A stretch of DNA of 64,000 bases, from assembly GCA_016186175.1 (NCBI GenBank), contig JACPMB010000003.1, forward strand, positions 8,508-72,507, read 5' to 3'. The stretch's first letter is position 1; the number at the start of each line of letters is the position of its first letter. Positions 1 to 9,547 of this stretch are shown in pieces. Source of the stretch: Candidatus Peregrinibacteria bacterium (GTDB lineage Bacteria > Patescibacteriota > Gracilibacteria > Peribacterales > Peribacteraceae). The notes below the pieces were generated by a model, which had not been told where the DNA came from, ran no database searches, and saw only the letters and a program-made list of their open reading frames with translations. The position numbers were made by a program, and so were the translations under genes.

Positions 1-2
1 CC

Positions 3-932
3 GCGCCCCATATTTATCTTCGCAGCGACCCCGCCGGAGCGTCCGCTTTGCTCCCCTATCCTCTGCGTCCGTTTATAGCATTATCCGGCGGCTTGTTGCT
101 GAGCAAAGCAGGAGGGACGTCCCGAATCAGCGTCTTCGGTGCGCCTGCGAATATCACGGCGGCCGTCCCGGACGATGTAACTATGTTTTCGCAGGCGCCT
201 GATCTGGTGCTGGCAATTTCCTCCCCCGCGTACGCGATTGACCTTTGGCTGGCAAGCCTGCCAGAGATCGAGCGCGCCATCCGCCGGGGACAACTCGCGA
301 ACATCGCGCATGACCTGCTCGGCGACGACTGGAGCATGCAGTACGACATTTTGCCCGCGATGCGCGATGCCGCCGTCCTGTCATGGAAAACCGGAACAGG
401 CTCCACTCCGTTGTTCATGCTGCAAAGTCATGCGGCAAGCGCCGCAGGTATCCGGAGGCAACTGCAAGAATTGCACGACGGCTTTAAGGCAATGCTCACC
501 GGAACGACGGTTGCGCGCCGCATGTTTGATCGCGGATTCACATCGGCTGTTCTTGGCAGCGACCCATCTCAAGTGGAAGACGTGAAAACCGTTGAGAACG
601 GATGGACGGTGCGCGAAACTCGTCAAAAGAACGGCGACCGGATGATGCTGAGCGCCTCGCGCGGCCGCGAATTCGTCGTGAGCAACAAAAGGGAATGGCT
701 GGAAGATGTGATAGCAGAAACACCGGCGCGCAGGCTCCCGGATGCGTCCGACAGTACGATTGCATCGGGCGTTTTTTCCGTGAATCTTTTAAGAAAGCTG
801 ATATCCGGCGCGCTTGCCGGACAGGAGTGGCAATGGCTGCTGGAAGATTTTCCGGCCAGCCGCCCGATTGCATGGTATCTCGAACGCAATGGACACGGGC
901 TCACACTCTCCCTTACGCTGTCCGGGCAATGA
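3..932 (+). CDS. Hypothetical protein, 5' end probably outside the window
   Basis: Frame is open from position 3 to TGA at 930-932, which overlaps the secF ATG (ATGA). No recognisable motif. Confidence 0.7.
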   Translation, partial: APHIYLRSDPAGASALLPYPLRPFIALSGGLLLSKAGGTSRISVFGAPANITAAVPDDVTMFSQAPDLVLAISSPAYAIDLWLASLPEIERAIRRGQLANIAHDLLGDDWSMQYDILPAMRDAAVLSWKTGTGSTPLFMLQSHAASAAGIRRQLQELHDGFKAMLTGTTVARRMFDRGFTSAVLGSDPSQVEDVKTVENGWTVRETRQKNGDRMMLSASRGREFVVSNKREWLEDVIAETPARRLPDASDSTIASGVFSVNLLRKLISGALAGQEWQWLLEDFPASRPIAWYLERNGHGLTLSLTLSGQ

Positions 933-1867
933 CTTTCCCCAGATTATCCAAATACTTTCTTGGCTTCTCGGCAATCCTGGTGCTGGCGTCCGCAACGCTC
1001 TTTGTTGTTGCAGGACCGAAATATTCGATTGAGTTTACCGGTGGCACGCTTCTTCAGATAGAACTGCCCGCAGACAAGACACGGGATGACGTTATCTCGG
1101 CGCTACAGTCATACGAAGAATCTGCTGGCTCTGCCGACGCGACCATACAGCCGGATGCAGGACGGCCGGCGGCATTGGGGAATTTCACGGTAACTGCTGT
1201 AAAGACCGCAAGCGAGGAGGCGTTTCTCATCCGACTGCGGCCGATGGATAACGAAGAGCACATCTCCGTCCTCGCGCACCTGCGCACGTCACTCGGAGAC
1301 GTCAAGGAACTCAAATACAACACAATCGGCCCAAGCTTGAGCCGCAGCCTCAAAGCCAAATCCTTGCAGGCAATCGCGTTTGCGTCCGTCGCCGTCATCC
1401 TTTATCTGGCCATCGCGTTCCGGAAACTGCCGAGGAAACTGAACCCATGGAAGTTCGGCGTGCTTGCGATCATCGGATTCCTTCACGACGTCATAGTTAC
1501 CGTCGGCGTTTTTATAGTCATAGGATGGTTCACCACATTTGAATTCGACACGCTGTTCGTTACCGCGCTGCTTACCATTCTCGCGTACTCGGCCAACGAC
1601 ACAATCGTGATCTTCGACCGCATTCGGGCCAACATGACATTCGAGAACCGTTCGGAAGAGCTCTCGAAGATCATAGTTGCCGGGTTGCGTCAGTGCGTCA
1701 CGCGCACGTTTTCGACCGCTTTCGCATCTCTGATAATGCTGATTTCTCTGTTCTTTCTCGGAAGCGACAGCATACGCTGGTTCATCCTGGCTCTGATCTT
1801 CGGCACCGTCATAGGGGCGTACAGCTCGTATTTTGTCGCAGCGCCGCTCCTGATGTACTGGAAGTAA
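929..1867 (+). CDS. secF: Protein translocase subunit SecF
   Basis: SIEFTGGT, IGPSLS and AYSANDTIVIFDRIR motifs with six TM segments; ATG at 929 is coupled to the upstream stop. Confidence 0.95.
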   Translation: MTFPRLSKYFLGFSAILVLASATLFVVAGPKYSIEFTGGTLLQIELPADKTRDDVISALQSYEESAGSADATIQPDAGRPAALGNFTVTAVKTASEEAFLIRLRPMDNEEHISVLAHLRTSLGDVKELKYNTIGPSLSRSLKAKSLQAIAFASVAVILYLAIAFRKLPRKLNPWKFGVLAIIGFLHDVIVTVGVFIVIGWFTTFEFDTLFVTALLTILAYSANDTIVIFDRIRANMTFENRSEELSKIIVAGLRQCVTRTFSTAFASLIMLISLFFLGSDSIRWFILALIFGTVIGAYSSYFVAAPLLMYWK

Positions 1868-1871
1868 AACC

Positions 1872-3149
1872 ATGCCCGATATTTCTCCGCCAAAAAAGCT
1901 CAAGCAGTCCCGCGTAGAATGCACGGTCGCTTTTACCGGCGAAGAAGTCGCGTCGGCGGAACAGAAGGCGCTGCTTCGGCTCGGCGGAAACATGCGCATA
2001 GAGGGCTTCCGGCCCGGCAAAGCGCCGACGGCTCTTGTCAGACAGAAAATTGATCCTTCTTATTTGAACGAAGAGACAGTGCGCCTTCTTCTTCCAGCCG
2101 TTTTCGATGCAATCCTCAAGGAACACAATCTGCGGCCCATCATACCCCCGAAAGTGGATATTATATCACGCGCTCCTCTGACCATGACGATCACGTTAGT
2201 GGAAAAACCGGACGTTAGGGTTAAGGGCGCAGGGAAAATTCGCGTGATCAGGAAGGACATTGTCGTGGAAAAAAAGGACGTCGCCCGGATGACTGGCTAC
2301 CTGCGCGACCAGTACCGGACTGCCATTCCGGTTGAACGTCCGGCGAAAGACGGCGACGAATTGACCCTCGACTTCGCCGGAACGCTGGACGGGAAAGAGG
2401 CCGAGGGGACTCGTGCGACCGGCTACAAGCTCACCATCGGAAGCAAATCGCTGATTCCCGGCTTCGAGGAGGCTTTGATAGGAATGAATCAGGGGGAACG
2501 GAAAAGTTTTCCTCTAACATTTCCAGCCGACTATCACGCAGAACACCTGAGGGGAAAAGAAGTCACGTTCACGGCGATCGTGAATGACATAAACGAAGTT
2601 CGAATGCCGGATTTCACGGACGCTTTCGTAAAAGAACATCATATGGGCGAATCGGTGAGCGATTTGGAGAAGAAGATCGAGCAGACGCTGCTGGATCAGC
2701 GGAAACGGGACGACAAAGTCCGCCGCCGGGAGGAATTATTGGACGCAATACGCTCCGCGGCCGCCGTTGACCTGGCGCCGGAACTGATCGCGCACGAAGA
2801 GCGGATGCTCTTCGACGAGATCGTGCGAAATCTCGAAGCGGAGAAGGCCGGCATGGATGACTGGCTTAGGCGGACGAATCGCACCGCGGAGAAACTCAAG
2901 GAAGAATTGCTGGAAGAAGCCGTAAAAAGACTGACTTTGCGCTTTGCAATCCAATGGCTGTTGGAAGAAAATAAAATCGAGGCAACTCCGCAAGAACTGG
3001 ACGAAGCCCGCGAAATTGCGCTTGCGGACGTGGAGCCGTCGGAACGCGGAAAAGCTGAATCGCACTACAAAAAAGGAGGAGAAGGGTACGAGGAGCTTAA
3101 GTGGCGGAAGAGAGTGGATAAACTTGTGGAGGAAATGCTGGCTGCGTAA
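1872..3149 (+). CDS. tig: Trigger factor
   Basis: GFRPGKAP ribosome-binding motif and FKBP domain (LIPGFEEALIGM, FPADYHAEHL). Confidence 0.96.
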   Translation: MPDISPPKKLKQSRVECTVAFTGEEVASAEQKALLRLGGNMRIEGFRPGKAPTALVRQKIDPSYLNEETVRLLLPAVFDAILKEHNLRPIIPPKVDIISRAPLTMTITLVEKPDVRVKGAGKIRVIRKDIVVEKKDVARMTGYLRDQYRTAIPVERPAKDGDELTLDFAGTLDGKEAEGTRATGYKLTIGSKSLIPGFEEALIGMNQGERKSFPLTFPADYHAEHLRGKEVTFTAIVNDINEVRMPDFTDAFVKEHHMGESVSDLEKKIEQTLLDQRKRDDKVRRREELLDAIRSAAAVDLAPELIAHEERMLFDEIVRNLEAEKAGMDDWLRRTNRTAEKLKEELLEEAVKRLTLRFAIQWLLEENKIEATPQELDEAREIALADVEPSERGKAESHYKKGGEGYEELKWRKRVDKLVEEMLAA

Positions 3150-3156
3150 GACAACT

Positions 3157-5232
3157 CTATTGAGCTTTCCTCCACCTGACTCCGATTCTCCTATCGGGAT
3201 TCCCGCGTTGCACATTCTTGCACTTCGCATCGTGGATCATCACGTCTCCCGATCTTGTGATTATGCCTGCGATCCTGGAGGCGCGGCCGACGGACAACCC
3301 CTTTATGTCGGAATCCGGCTTGCAGCATCTGGCGAATTTCAACGGCATCGGCACATTGCCGTCAATATCCACCAATGAATCTTTGCGCTGAAAACGCTGC
3401 CTGCCCGCCGAAACCTTGCTTGCCGGCCATAGCTCAAGCGACGGCTGGGCGAAGGCGTACTTGCCAGACGATTGGCCGGGGGCCCTCCCGTCCGCAAGTC
3501 GCGTAACAAGCGAAGTGCGCGCCATTCCTATAGCAACAAAAGCGGGCCTGGCGTCCCCTGTCGCCGCCGCGGCAGTCGCGGTCCGCAGCGGACGAAGAAG
3601 ATCGAGGCGCTGCAGCAGCGATCCGGCTCTGTCGGTGCCCTGTCCGATTTTCATCAGCAGATCTTCCCGCTCGGACATGGAGAGCGATTTGCCGTCATGG
3701 AACCGAAGCAATGACAAGCCGCTGTCGAGAGCGGGCAGGCGCCTCTTCTTAAGCTCTGCGACGATGATCTCTTTGCCGCGTTGTATGTTTTCTTCGCGGT
3801 GGGTCGTATGGAGATACCGTTTAAGGTGCGATCTCGACGATGCCATTTTTAACAGTTGCAACCATTTCGCGGTCGCCTGAGGCGTGCGCTGAGTGATGAT
3901 TTCGACAACGTCGCCGTTTTCAAGTTCGTATTCCAAAGGAACGATTGCGCCGTTCACGCGAGCAGCGCGGAAAGTCAATCCGACGTCCGTATGAATCTGG
4001 AACGCGAAATCGAGCGTGGTTGCCCCCTCAGGCAGTTCGACTACATCGCCCTTAGGCGTCAGCACGAATATATGCTCGACAAGCCGCGGGGCAGAGCGGC
4101 CACCGATACCGGCGGAATGTTGCGAAGCGAGTGCCTGCTGAAGTCGCGTTCTCTGCGTCGCCTGTTCCGCGCCCCATCCTTCCTTGTAACTCCAGTGCGC
4201 CGCCACGCCGTATTCTGCTTTGCGGTGCATCGAGCGGGTGCGCACCTGAACCTCAACGAACACCCCCTCTGGCACGCCGGGCAGCTTTGCAACCGTCGTA
4301 TGAAGACTCTGGTAGCCGTTCGGTTTTGGAAACGCGATGTAATCTTTGAATCGGTTCGTGACCGGCCTCCCGATCCTGTGCAGCGCGCCAAGCACCAGAT
4401 AGCACTCTGCCTCAGTCTCGACTACGACGCGCAAAGCGAAAAGATCGGGCAGGCTCTCGATGTGCGAAAGGCTTTTGCCGGTCATTTTCCGGAATAGGCT
4501 GTACGGCTGTTTTTCGCGACCGTGAATAGAAGCAACAATCCCCTGCTCGCCGAGCGCGCGTTTTAGTTCTTCGGATGCCGGAGCCAGAAATGGGCCGTAC
4601 CTGTCGTGCACCTGCTGCAACTGTTCTTCGATATGCTCGGCGTCGGACGGGTACGCGACAGGGAATGCCAGAGCTTCCAGACGCTGCTTGAGAGCGTGAA
4701 TTCCGAGTCGCGCCGCGACGGGAGCGAAGAGGTTTAGCACGTCGCGGGCGACGCGACGACGGTCAGCCGGCGGAAGCCGGGCAATGTGCTCCAGAGCAAA
4801 ACATCTCTTTGAAAGGACAATGAGCAGTATCCGGATGTCGTCCGCAACGCTGAGAAGCATGAGTCGCATATCCTCGACGCTGCTCTTGCTATTGCGCATG
4901 CTGACGTGCGACAGAAGGTACACACCGCTGACTATCGCACGCACCCGCGGACCGAATTCCTCCTGCAACGCAATTGGGCTCATAGTCTTTATTTCCAACG
5001 CATGCTGCAGGATGCACGCGGCGACGGTGTCGGAATCAGGCTGGAACGGCAGCAATATTTTAATCACCCCCAGCGCGTGCTCGAGGAGCGTTACGCCAGT
5101 CCAGTGCATGGCGCCTTTGTAAACATTGTCTGCCCTGCTGACGATCGCCAGAAGCCTTTCCTGCTCCACCGGCAATTTGGCTTCGTGGAGAGGCTTAAGA
5201 ATGGCAGCAAGCGGCGTGGACGACGCGGGCAT
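3157..5232 (-). CDS. relA: RelA/SpoT family (p)ppGpp synthetase with degenerate HD hydrolase motif and no ACT domain
   Basis: APVAARLGI, RFKDYIAFPKPNGYQSLHT, EVQVRT, TGS domain (TPKG, DFAFQIHT) and ARCCKP zinc finger; start placed at MPASST. Confidence 0.92.
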   Translation of the reverse strand: MPASSTPLAAILKPLHEAKLPVEQERLLAIVSRADNVYKGAMHWTGVTLLEHALGVIKILLPFQPDSDTVAACILQHALEIKTMSPIALQEEFGPRVRAIVSGVYLLSHVSMRNSKSSVEDMRLMLLSVADDIRILLIVLSKRCFALEHIARLPPADRRRVARDVLNLFAPVAARLGIHALKQRLEALAFPVAYPSDAEHIEEQLQQVHDRYGPFLAPASEELKRALGEQGIVASIHGREKQPYSLFRKMTGKSLSHIESLPDLFALRVVVETEAECYLVLGALHRIGRPVTNRFKDYIAFPKPNGYQSLHTTVAKLPGVPEGVFVEVQVRTRSMHRKAEYGVAAHWSYKEGWGAEQATQRTRLQQALASQHSAGIGGRSAPRLVEHIFVLTPKGDVVELPEGATTLDFAFQIHTDVGLTFRAARVNGAIVPLEYELENGDVVEIITQRTPQATAKWLQLLKMASSRSHLKRYLHTTHREENIQRGKEIIVAELKKRRLPALDSGLSLLRFHDGKSLSMSEREDLLMKIGQGTDRAGSLLQRLDLLRPLRTATAAAATGDARPAFVAIGMARTSLVTRLADGRAPGQSSGKYAFAQPSLELWPASKVSAGRQRFQRKDSLVDIDGNVPMPLKFARCCKPDSDIKGLSVGRASRIAGIITRSGDVMIHDAKCKNVQRGNPDRRIGVRWRKAQ
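3400..3457. repeat. Nested palindromic REP-like elements inserted in frame in relA
   Basis: CCTGCCCGCCGAAACCTTGC...GCGAAGGCG encloses CCGGCCATAGCTCAAGCGACGGCTGG; resembles the intergenic elements at 63064-63092 and 15234-15272. Confidence 0.65.
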
Positions 5233-5374
5233 GAAGATATGGATTCTAGACACTACGCTGTTTCTCGTCAAACATTCATTGGCTTTACACAGCCATATTT
5301 CTTGGAGTGATGTCCGCGAAGAAACAGCGCCGTGTCTATTGACTTCCTGCACGTCATGAGTAGAATACCGTCAC

Positions 5375-5495
5375 GTCCGAAGACCGAGGGCACAAGGCCG
5401 CAGGCCGAAATAAGCCCCTCCGAGGAATACAGCATCGGTTACTCGGCCCCGGCTTGGTGATTCGTGCCGTGTTCCTCGCTGGTCTCCCGGACGCA
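5375..5495 (+). promoter_or_regulatory. L10 ribosomal protein leader (autoregulatory RNA)
   Basis: CCGAAGACCGAGGG...TAAGCCCCTCCGAGG matches the AGAC..GG/CC..CGAGG core of L10 leaders, directly upstream of rplJ. Confidence 0.75.
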
Positions 5496-5539
5496 ACGTT
5501 CCAAGGGAGGCTTGCGCGTGCACGCGTTTCATTCTCATT

Positions 5540-6067
5540 ATGGCTCTCACCAAAGCGCAAAAGACGATTCAGCTCAAGGAGCTTAGGGACAAGCTGAAAT
5601 CCTCGCAGTCGGTCGTCTTCGCCAATTACATCGGCTTGAAGGTTGCGGAAGTGAGCGACTTGCGCCGCAAGCTCAAGGCAGCCGGAGCGGAAATGAAAGT
5701 CGCGAAAAAGACGCTCATGCGCATAGCTGCGAAAGAGGAGGGGCTGCCCGTGCCGGAGGAGAATGGCCTTCCAGGCCCCGTCGCCTGCATTTTCAGCATT
5801 GCCGATCCGATCGTCGGGCCGCAGATCGCCTTCGCCTTCAGCAAGGATCACCCACAAGTCTCATTCGTCGGAGGATTGTTTGAAAAAAAGCTTCTTACAA
5901 AGGCGGACGCCATGGCTCTTGCGACGATTCCCGGACGACAGGTGCTTCTCGCGACATTCGCCGGAATGTTACGGTCGCCGCTGCGCTCATTCGCTTCCAT
6001 TATAAACTCCCCGCTGACGGGGTTCGCCCGGGCCTTGAGCGAAAAGGCAAATAAGCAGCAAGTCTGA
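5540..6067 (+). CDS. rplJ: 50S ribosomal protein L10
   Basis: MKVAKKTLMRIA motif; rplJ-rplL order. Confidence 0.96.
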   Translation: MALTKAQKTIQLKELRDKLKSSQSVVFANYIGLKVAEVSDLRRKLKAAGAEMKVAKKTLMRIAAKEEGLPVPEENGLPGPVACIFSIADPIVGPQIAFAFSKDHPQVSFVGGLFEKKLLTKADAMALATIPGRQVLLATFAGMLRSPLRSFASIINSPLTGFARALSEKANKQQV

Positions 6068-6107
6068 TTTTGCATTTTTAATTTTTCATTTCCCTCCCCA
6101 TCCGTTT

Positions 6108-6509
6108 ATGTCAGACGCCGCAACAACCACTCTCACAGCCGAAGAGAAGGCCGTAATCACCGCACTGGAAAAACTGAACGTCATCAGCCTCAACAACGTG
6201 GTCAAGTACATGGAAAAGGAGTACGGCATCAGCGCAGCAGCTCCAGTGGCCGTCGCGGCCGCCGGCAGCGCTGCCGCTGCCGCTCCGGCAGAGGAGAAGA
6301 GCAGCTATAACGTTGAACTGACAGAATCCGGCGCGCAGAAGATCGCCGTGATCAAGGCGCTGCGCGAAGTCACAGGCCTGGCTCTGGGCGACGCCAAAGC
6401 CATGGTGGACGGCGCTCCGAAGATGGTCAAGGAAAACGTGCCGAAGGATGACGCCGAGAAGATGAAGAAGACTCTTGAGGCCGCAGGCGCGAAAGTGTCG
6501 CTGAAATGA
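6108..6509 (+). CDS. rplL: 50S ribosomal protein L7/L12
   Basis: Ala-rich hinge, KIAVIKALREVTGLALGDAK, LEAAGAKVSLK. Confidence 0.97.
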   Translation: MSDAATTTLTAEEKAVITALEKLNVISLNNVVKYMEKEYGISAAAPVAVAAAGSAAAAAPAEEKSSYNVELTESGAQKIAVIKALREVTGLALGDAKAMVDGAPKMVKENVPKDDAEKMKKTLEAAGAKVSLK

Positions 6510-6725
6510 CTCGCATCAGAGCAGTTATGCAGGGCGCTGAAATGCGCCCTTTTTGCGCAATACGGCGATTTTCGCATTCATTGACGCCGTTGACTTGGAT
6601 TTTCATTGATGTAGGCTGTGGCCAGCAATTCCTTCCATCTCGTCGATCGAGCAATTCGTGAAACAGAAAGAAGGAAACAGCCCTCGCAGGCGGGATGTCT
6701 GCAATTACTTCCTTCTTTTTATTTT

Positions 6726-7019
6726 ATGGCTGATCAACAGATCACCTGCCGCGACTGCGGACAATCGTTTGTGTTCACCGATGGTGAACAGGAGTTCTAC
6801 GCGTCGAAGCAGCTCTCTGCGCCGCAACGGTGCAAGGACTGCCGCGCCGCGCGGAAAAACGAGAGGATGCAGGATCGCCAGATGCACGATGCCGTCTGCG
6901 GCAAGTGCGGAGCGCAGTGCCAGGTCCCCTTTAAGCCTCGCTCGGTCGAGGAGGGTGGCCGACCGGTTCTTTGCAAGGCGTGTTTCGACGCCGAGCGCGG
7001 AAACCGCATGGCTGCGTGA
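6726..7019 (+). CDS. Zinc-ribbon protein with CxxC-x17-CxxC domain
   Basis: CRDCGQSFVFTDGEQEFY...PQRCKDCR followed by CGKCG..CQVPFKP...RPVLCKAC. Confidence 0.9.
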   Translation: MADQQITCRDCGQSFVFTDGEQEFYASKQLSAPQRCKDCRAARKNERMQDRQMHDAVCGKCGAQCQVPFKPRSVEEGGRPVLCKACFDAERGNRMAA

Positions 7020-7020
7020 G

Positions 7021-7076
7021 GTCCCTCGTACGCTAGCCCTTCGACTACGCTCGGGGCGAGCTACTCGGGACGACAC
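7021..7076 (-). repeat. Nested REP-like element (GTCGTCCCGAGTAGC family enclosing CCCGAGCGTAGTCGAAGGG)
   Basis: GTCCCTCGTACG...CCCTTCGACTACGCTCGGGG...CTACTCGGGACGAC; related ends at 14529, 27322, 41322 and 58778. Confidence 0.75.
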
Positions 7077-7104
7077 GGAATGCTCAACAATTGAGTCATT
7101 CACG

Positions 7105-7132
7105 AAAAACCCCCGCGAGGGGGTTTTTCTTT
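7105..7132. terminator. Intrinsic terminator
   Basis: AAAAACCCCC GCGA GGGGGTTTTT hairpin with T-tract after the zinc-ribbon gene. Confidence 0.8.
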
Positions 7133-7179
7133 GGAATCCATGCCATTTTGTTGTTTTGTCGTCGGCGTAGGATGGATGT

Positions 7180-7908
7180 GTGAATAAAGCTGCTGCAAAT
7201 CGCTACTGCGAGCTCGACCTGCTTCGCACGATCTCTATTGCGATGATGATCGCATATCACATCGCATACGATCTTGAATCGTATTACGGATGGCACATCG
7301 GACTCTTCGTATATGCAGGCTGGCACCTCCTGCAACTGAGTACGGCGACTTTCTTTTTGCTTCTTGCGGGATGCAGCTTCGCAATTTCGTGGAGTCGGAC
7401 GCCAATATATCGTAAATACCTGAAGCGCGGCATGGGCGTCGTCGCCTGCGGGATGCTGGTGACAGCGGCGACTTACTGGTTCGAGCCGGCGACTTACGTG
7501 CGCTTCGGAATCCTGCACATGATCGGCGTCAGCATTATACTGCTCCCATTCTTCACGCGGCTCGACGAATGGAATTTGCCGGCTGGTCTGTTCATCGCGG
7601 GACTCGGAATGTTCATGCCTGCCGTCTCAGGCGGAACGCTCGCGCTAGTTCCGTTTGGAATGACGCCTCCGGGCTTCGCAACCGTTGATTATTTTCCGCT
7701 TATCCCGTGGTTCGGCGTCGTTCTAATCGGCTACGCCATAGGTCTTCGCATCTACGTGAAGCGGTCGCCGCCGTTGTTCTCGATTCTCCATTCTTCATTT
7801 TTCATTCGCATCACCTGGCCTGGCCGACACGCCCTCATCATCTACTTGCTCCATCAGCCCGTGCTTCTGGGCATCCTGGTTGCTCTTGGCGCCATCGGCT
7901 TGTTCTGA
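7180..7908 (+). CDS. DUF1624 / HGSNAT-like membrane acyltransferase
   Basis: ELDLLRTISIAMMIAYH, FGILHMIG, DYFPLIPWFG and GRHALIIYLLHQP. Confidence 0.85.
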   Translation: MNKAAANRYCELDLLRTISIAMMIAYHIAYDLESYYGWHIGLFVYAGWHLLQLSTATFFLLLAGCSFAISWSRTPIYRKYLKRGMGVVACGMLVTAATYWFEPATYVRFGILHMIGVSIILLPFFTRLDEWNLPAGLFIAGLGMFMPAVSGGTLALVPFGMTPPGFATVDYFPLIPWFGVVLIGYAIGLRIYVKRSPPLFSILHSSFFIRITWPGRHALIIYLLHQPVLLGILVALGAIGLF

Positions 7909-7977
7909 ACGAATCTGAATGTTTTTCGGAAAAACCCCCGTTGATGTAAAACACAACGACGGGCTACACTGCGACTG

Positions 7978-9531
7978 ATGTCCTTTACCACTCGTCGCAT
8001 ACGCGAGGAGACGCCGCCTTCACGTTGGAAAAACGCGATGAAGGCCGCCGTGCCTTATTTGTTGAAATTGGGAGGACTGTTCGTCGCTCTTTACGGCAAA
8101 TGGAAAATCCGGCACGAGGAGGACGAGAGGAAGGCGGTGCGAATTCGAGTTCTGAAAAAGATCGCCGTCGTGCTTATCGCCGCCTTATTAGTCATGGCGA
8201 TCGTCGCCGGCACGGTGCAGGCGCTTGTAAGTTTGCGCATAATAACGCTTCATACTTTCCTGTCCGTCACAGGAGCGGATTTACCGGCAGATGAAAATGG
8301 CTTCACGAACATTTTGTTGCTTGGAGCCGGGGACAAAGATCACGACGGCACGGACCTGACTGACGCGGTTATTGTGGCGAGTCTGGATCCGCGAAATACG
8401 AGGAGCGTGGTGATGCTGTCGCTGCCCCGCGACCTTTACATGCTTTCGACCGGGAAAATGGGCAGCGGGCGCATCAACGAGCTTTACCGGAATTACAAAG
8501 GCCGTCTCCGCGCGAAAGATAATATGAAATCCGACGCGGCCTCATTGCAATCCATGAAGGAACTCGCCGCGGAAATCGGCCGAAAGCTCGGGATGGAAAT
8601 TCATCATGTCATCAAGGTGGATTTTACCGCCTTTGTGGAAGGCGTGAATGCACTTGGTGGCGTGGATATCACGGTGCCGCACGACATAGTTGACGCCGAA
8701 TACCCTGGGCCGAATTACACTTTTGAAACATTCGAGATTCACAAAGGCCCCCGGCATCTTGACGGCGAAACCGCTCTTAAATACGCACGCAGCCGCCACA
8801 CGACGAGCGATTTCGGACGGTCGGCCAGGCAACAACAGCTCCTTGTCGCCCTGGCTGAAAAAGCCAGATCGCATGGCATCGCCCGGAGCCCCGGCACGAT
8901 AACGAAGATGCTCAAAACGCTCGCCGATCATGTCGAAACTACTTTGTCATTCGCCGAAATTCTGGGAGCCGCAAGACTTGGCGAACGCATTGACCGCAGC
9001 AATGTCATAAACACACATTTAAACATCGAAACCGGCGTCGAAACTCCGTTCATTTCTCCAGGTGGATTCCTTTACGCCCCGCCACGCGACCAGTTTGAAG
9101 GCGCGTCCGTGTTGCTCCCCGTGTCCATTCCGGAATTCCCGGTTACATGGAAACAGATACAGGCGTTCGTACGTTTGTTGTTCGAAAATCGCACGATCAT
9201 TCTAGACAAACCTGAGGTGCGGATTCTAAATGCAGGCGCAAAGACCGGCGCGGCCAGGATGCTTGGCAACGAGCTGATACGTTACGGATTCGAAGACGTG
9301 GAAACAGCAAATGCGTCCGACGACCGCAGGAATTCGCCGAAAATTCCCGCGACCGTCATCGTTGCGCGCGCGGAAGCGGACGGATATATGGCGGAATTTT
9401 TCGCTGATCTTCTCAATCTGCCGCCGGGACCCCTGCCTGTGCAGATCTCAGTCGAAAAACAGGGACAAGTGACCATAATTCTGGGAACCGACTATGCCTA
9501 TACGCCTTTGCAGGACCTGATATTGAAATAA
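7978..9531 (+). CDS. LCP (LytR-CpsA-Psr) family protein with C-terminal LytR_C domain
   Basis: NILLLG, TDAVIVAS, LSLPRDLY, ALKYARSRHTTSDFGRSARQQ, VRILNAG and VTIILGTDY. Confidence 0.92.
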   Translation: MSFTTRRIREETPPSRWKNAMKAAVPYLLKLGGLFVALYGKWKIRHEEDERKAVRIRVLKKIAVVLIAALLVMAIVAGTVQALVSLRIITLHTFLSVTGADLPADENGFTNILLLGAGDKDHDGTDLTDAVIVASLDPRNTRSVVMLSLPRDLYMLSTGKMGSGRINELYRNYKGRLRAKDNMKSDAASLQSMKELAAEIGRKLGMEIHHVIKVDFTAFVEGVNALGGVDITVPHDIVDAEYPGPNYTFETFEIHKGPRHLDGETALKYARSRHTTSDFGRSARQQQLLVALAEKARSHGIARSPGTITKMLKTLADHVETTLSFAEILGAARLGERIDRSNVINTHLNIETGVETPFISPGGFLYAPPRDQFEGASVLLPVSIPEFPVTWKQIQAFVRLLFENRTIILDKPEVRILNAGAKTGAARMLGNELIRYGFEDVETANASDDRRNSPKIPATVIVARAEADGYMAEFFADLLNLPPGPLPVQISVEKQGQVTIILGTDYAYTPLQDLILK

Positions 9532-9547
9532 TGTATTATTCGCTCTC

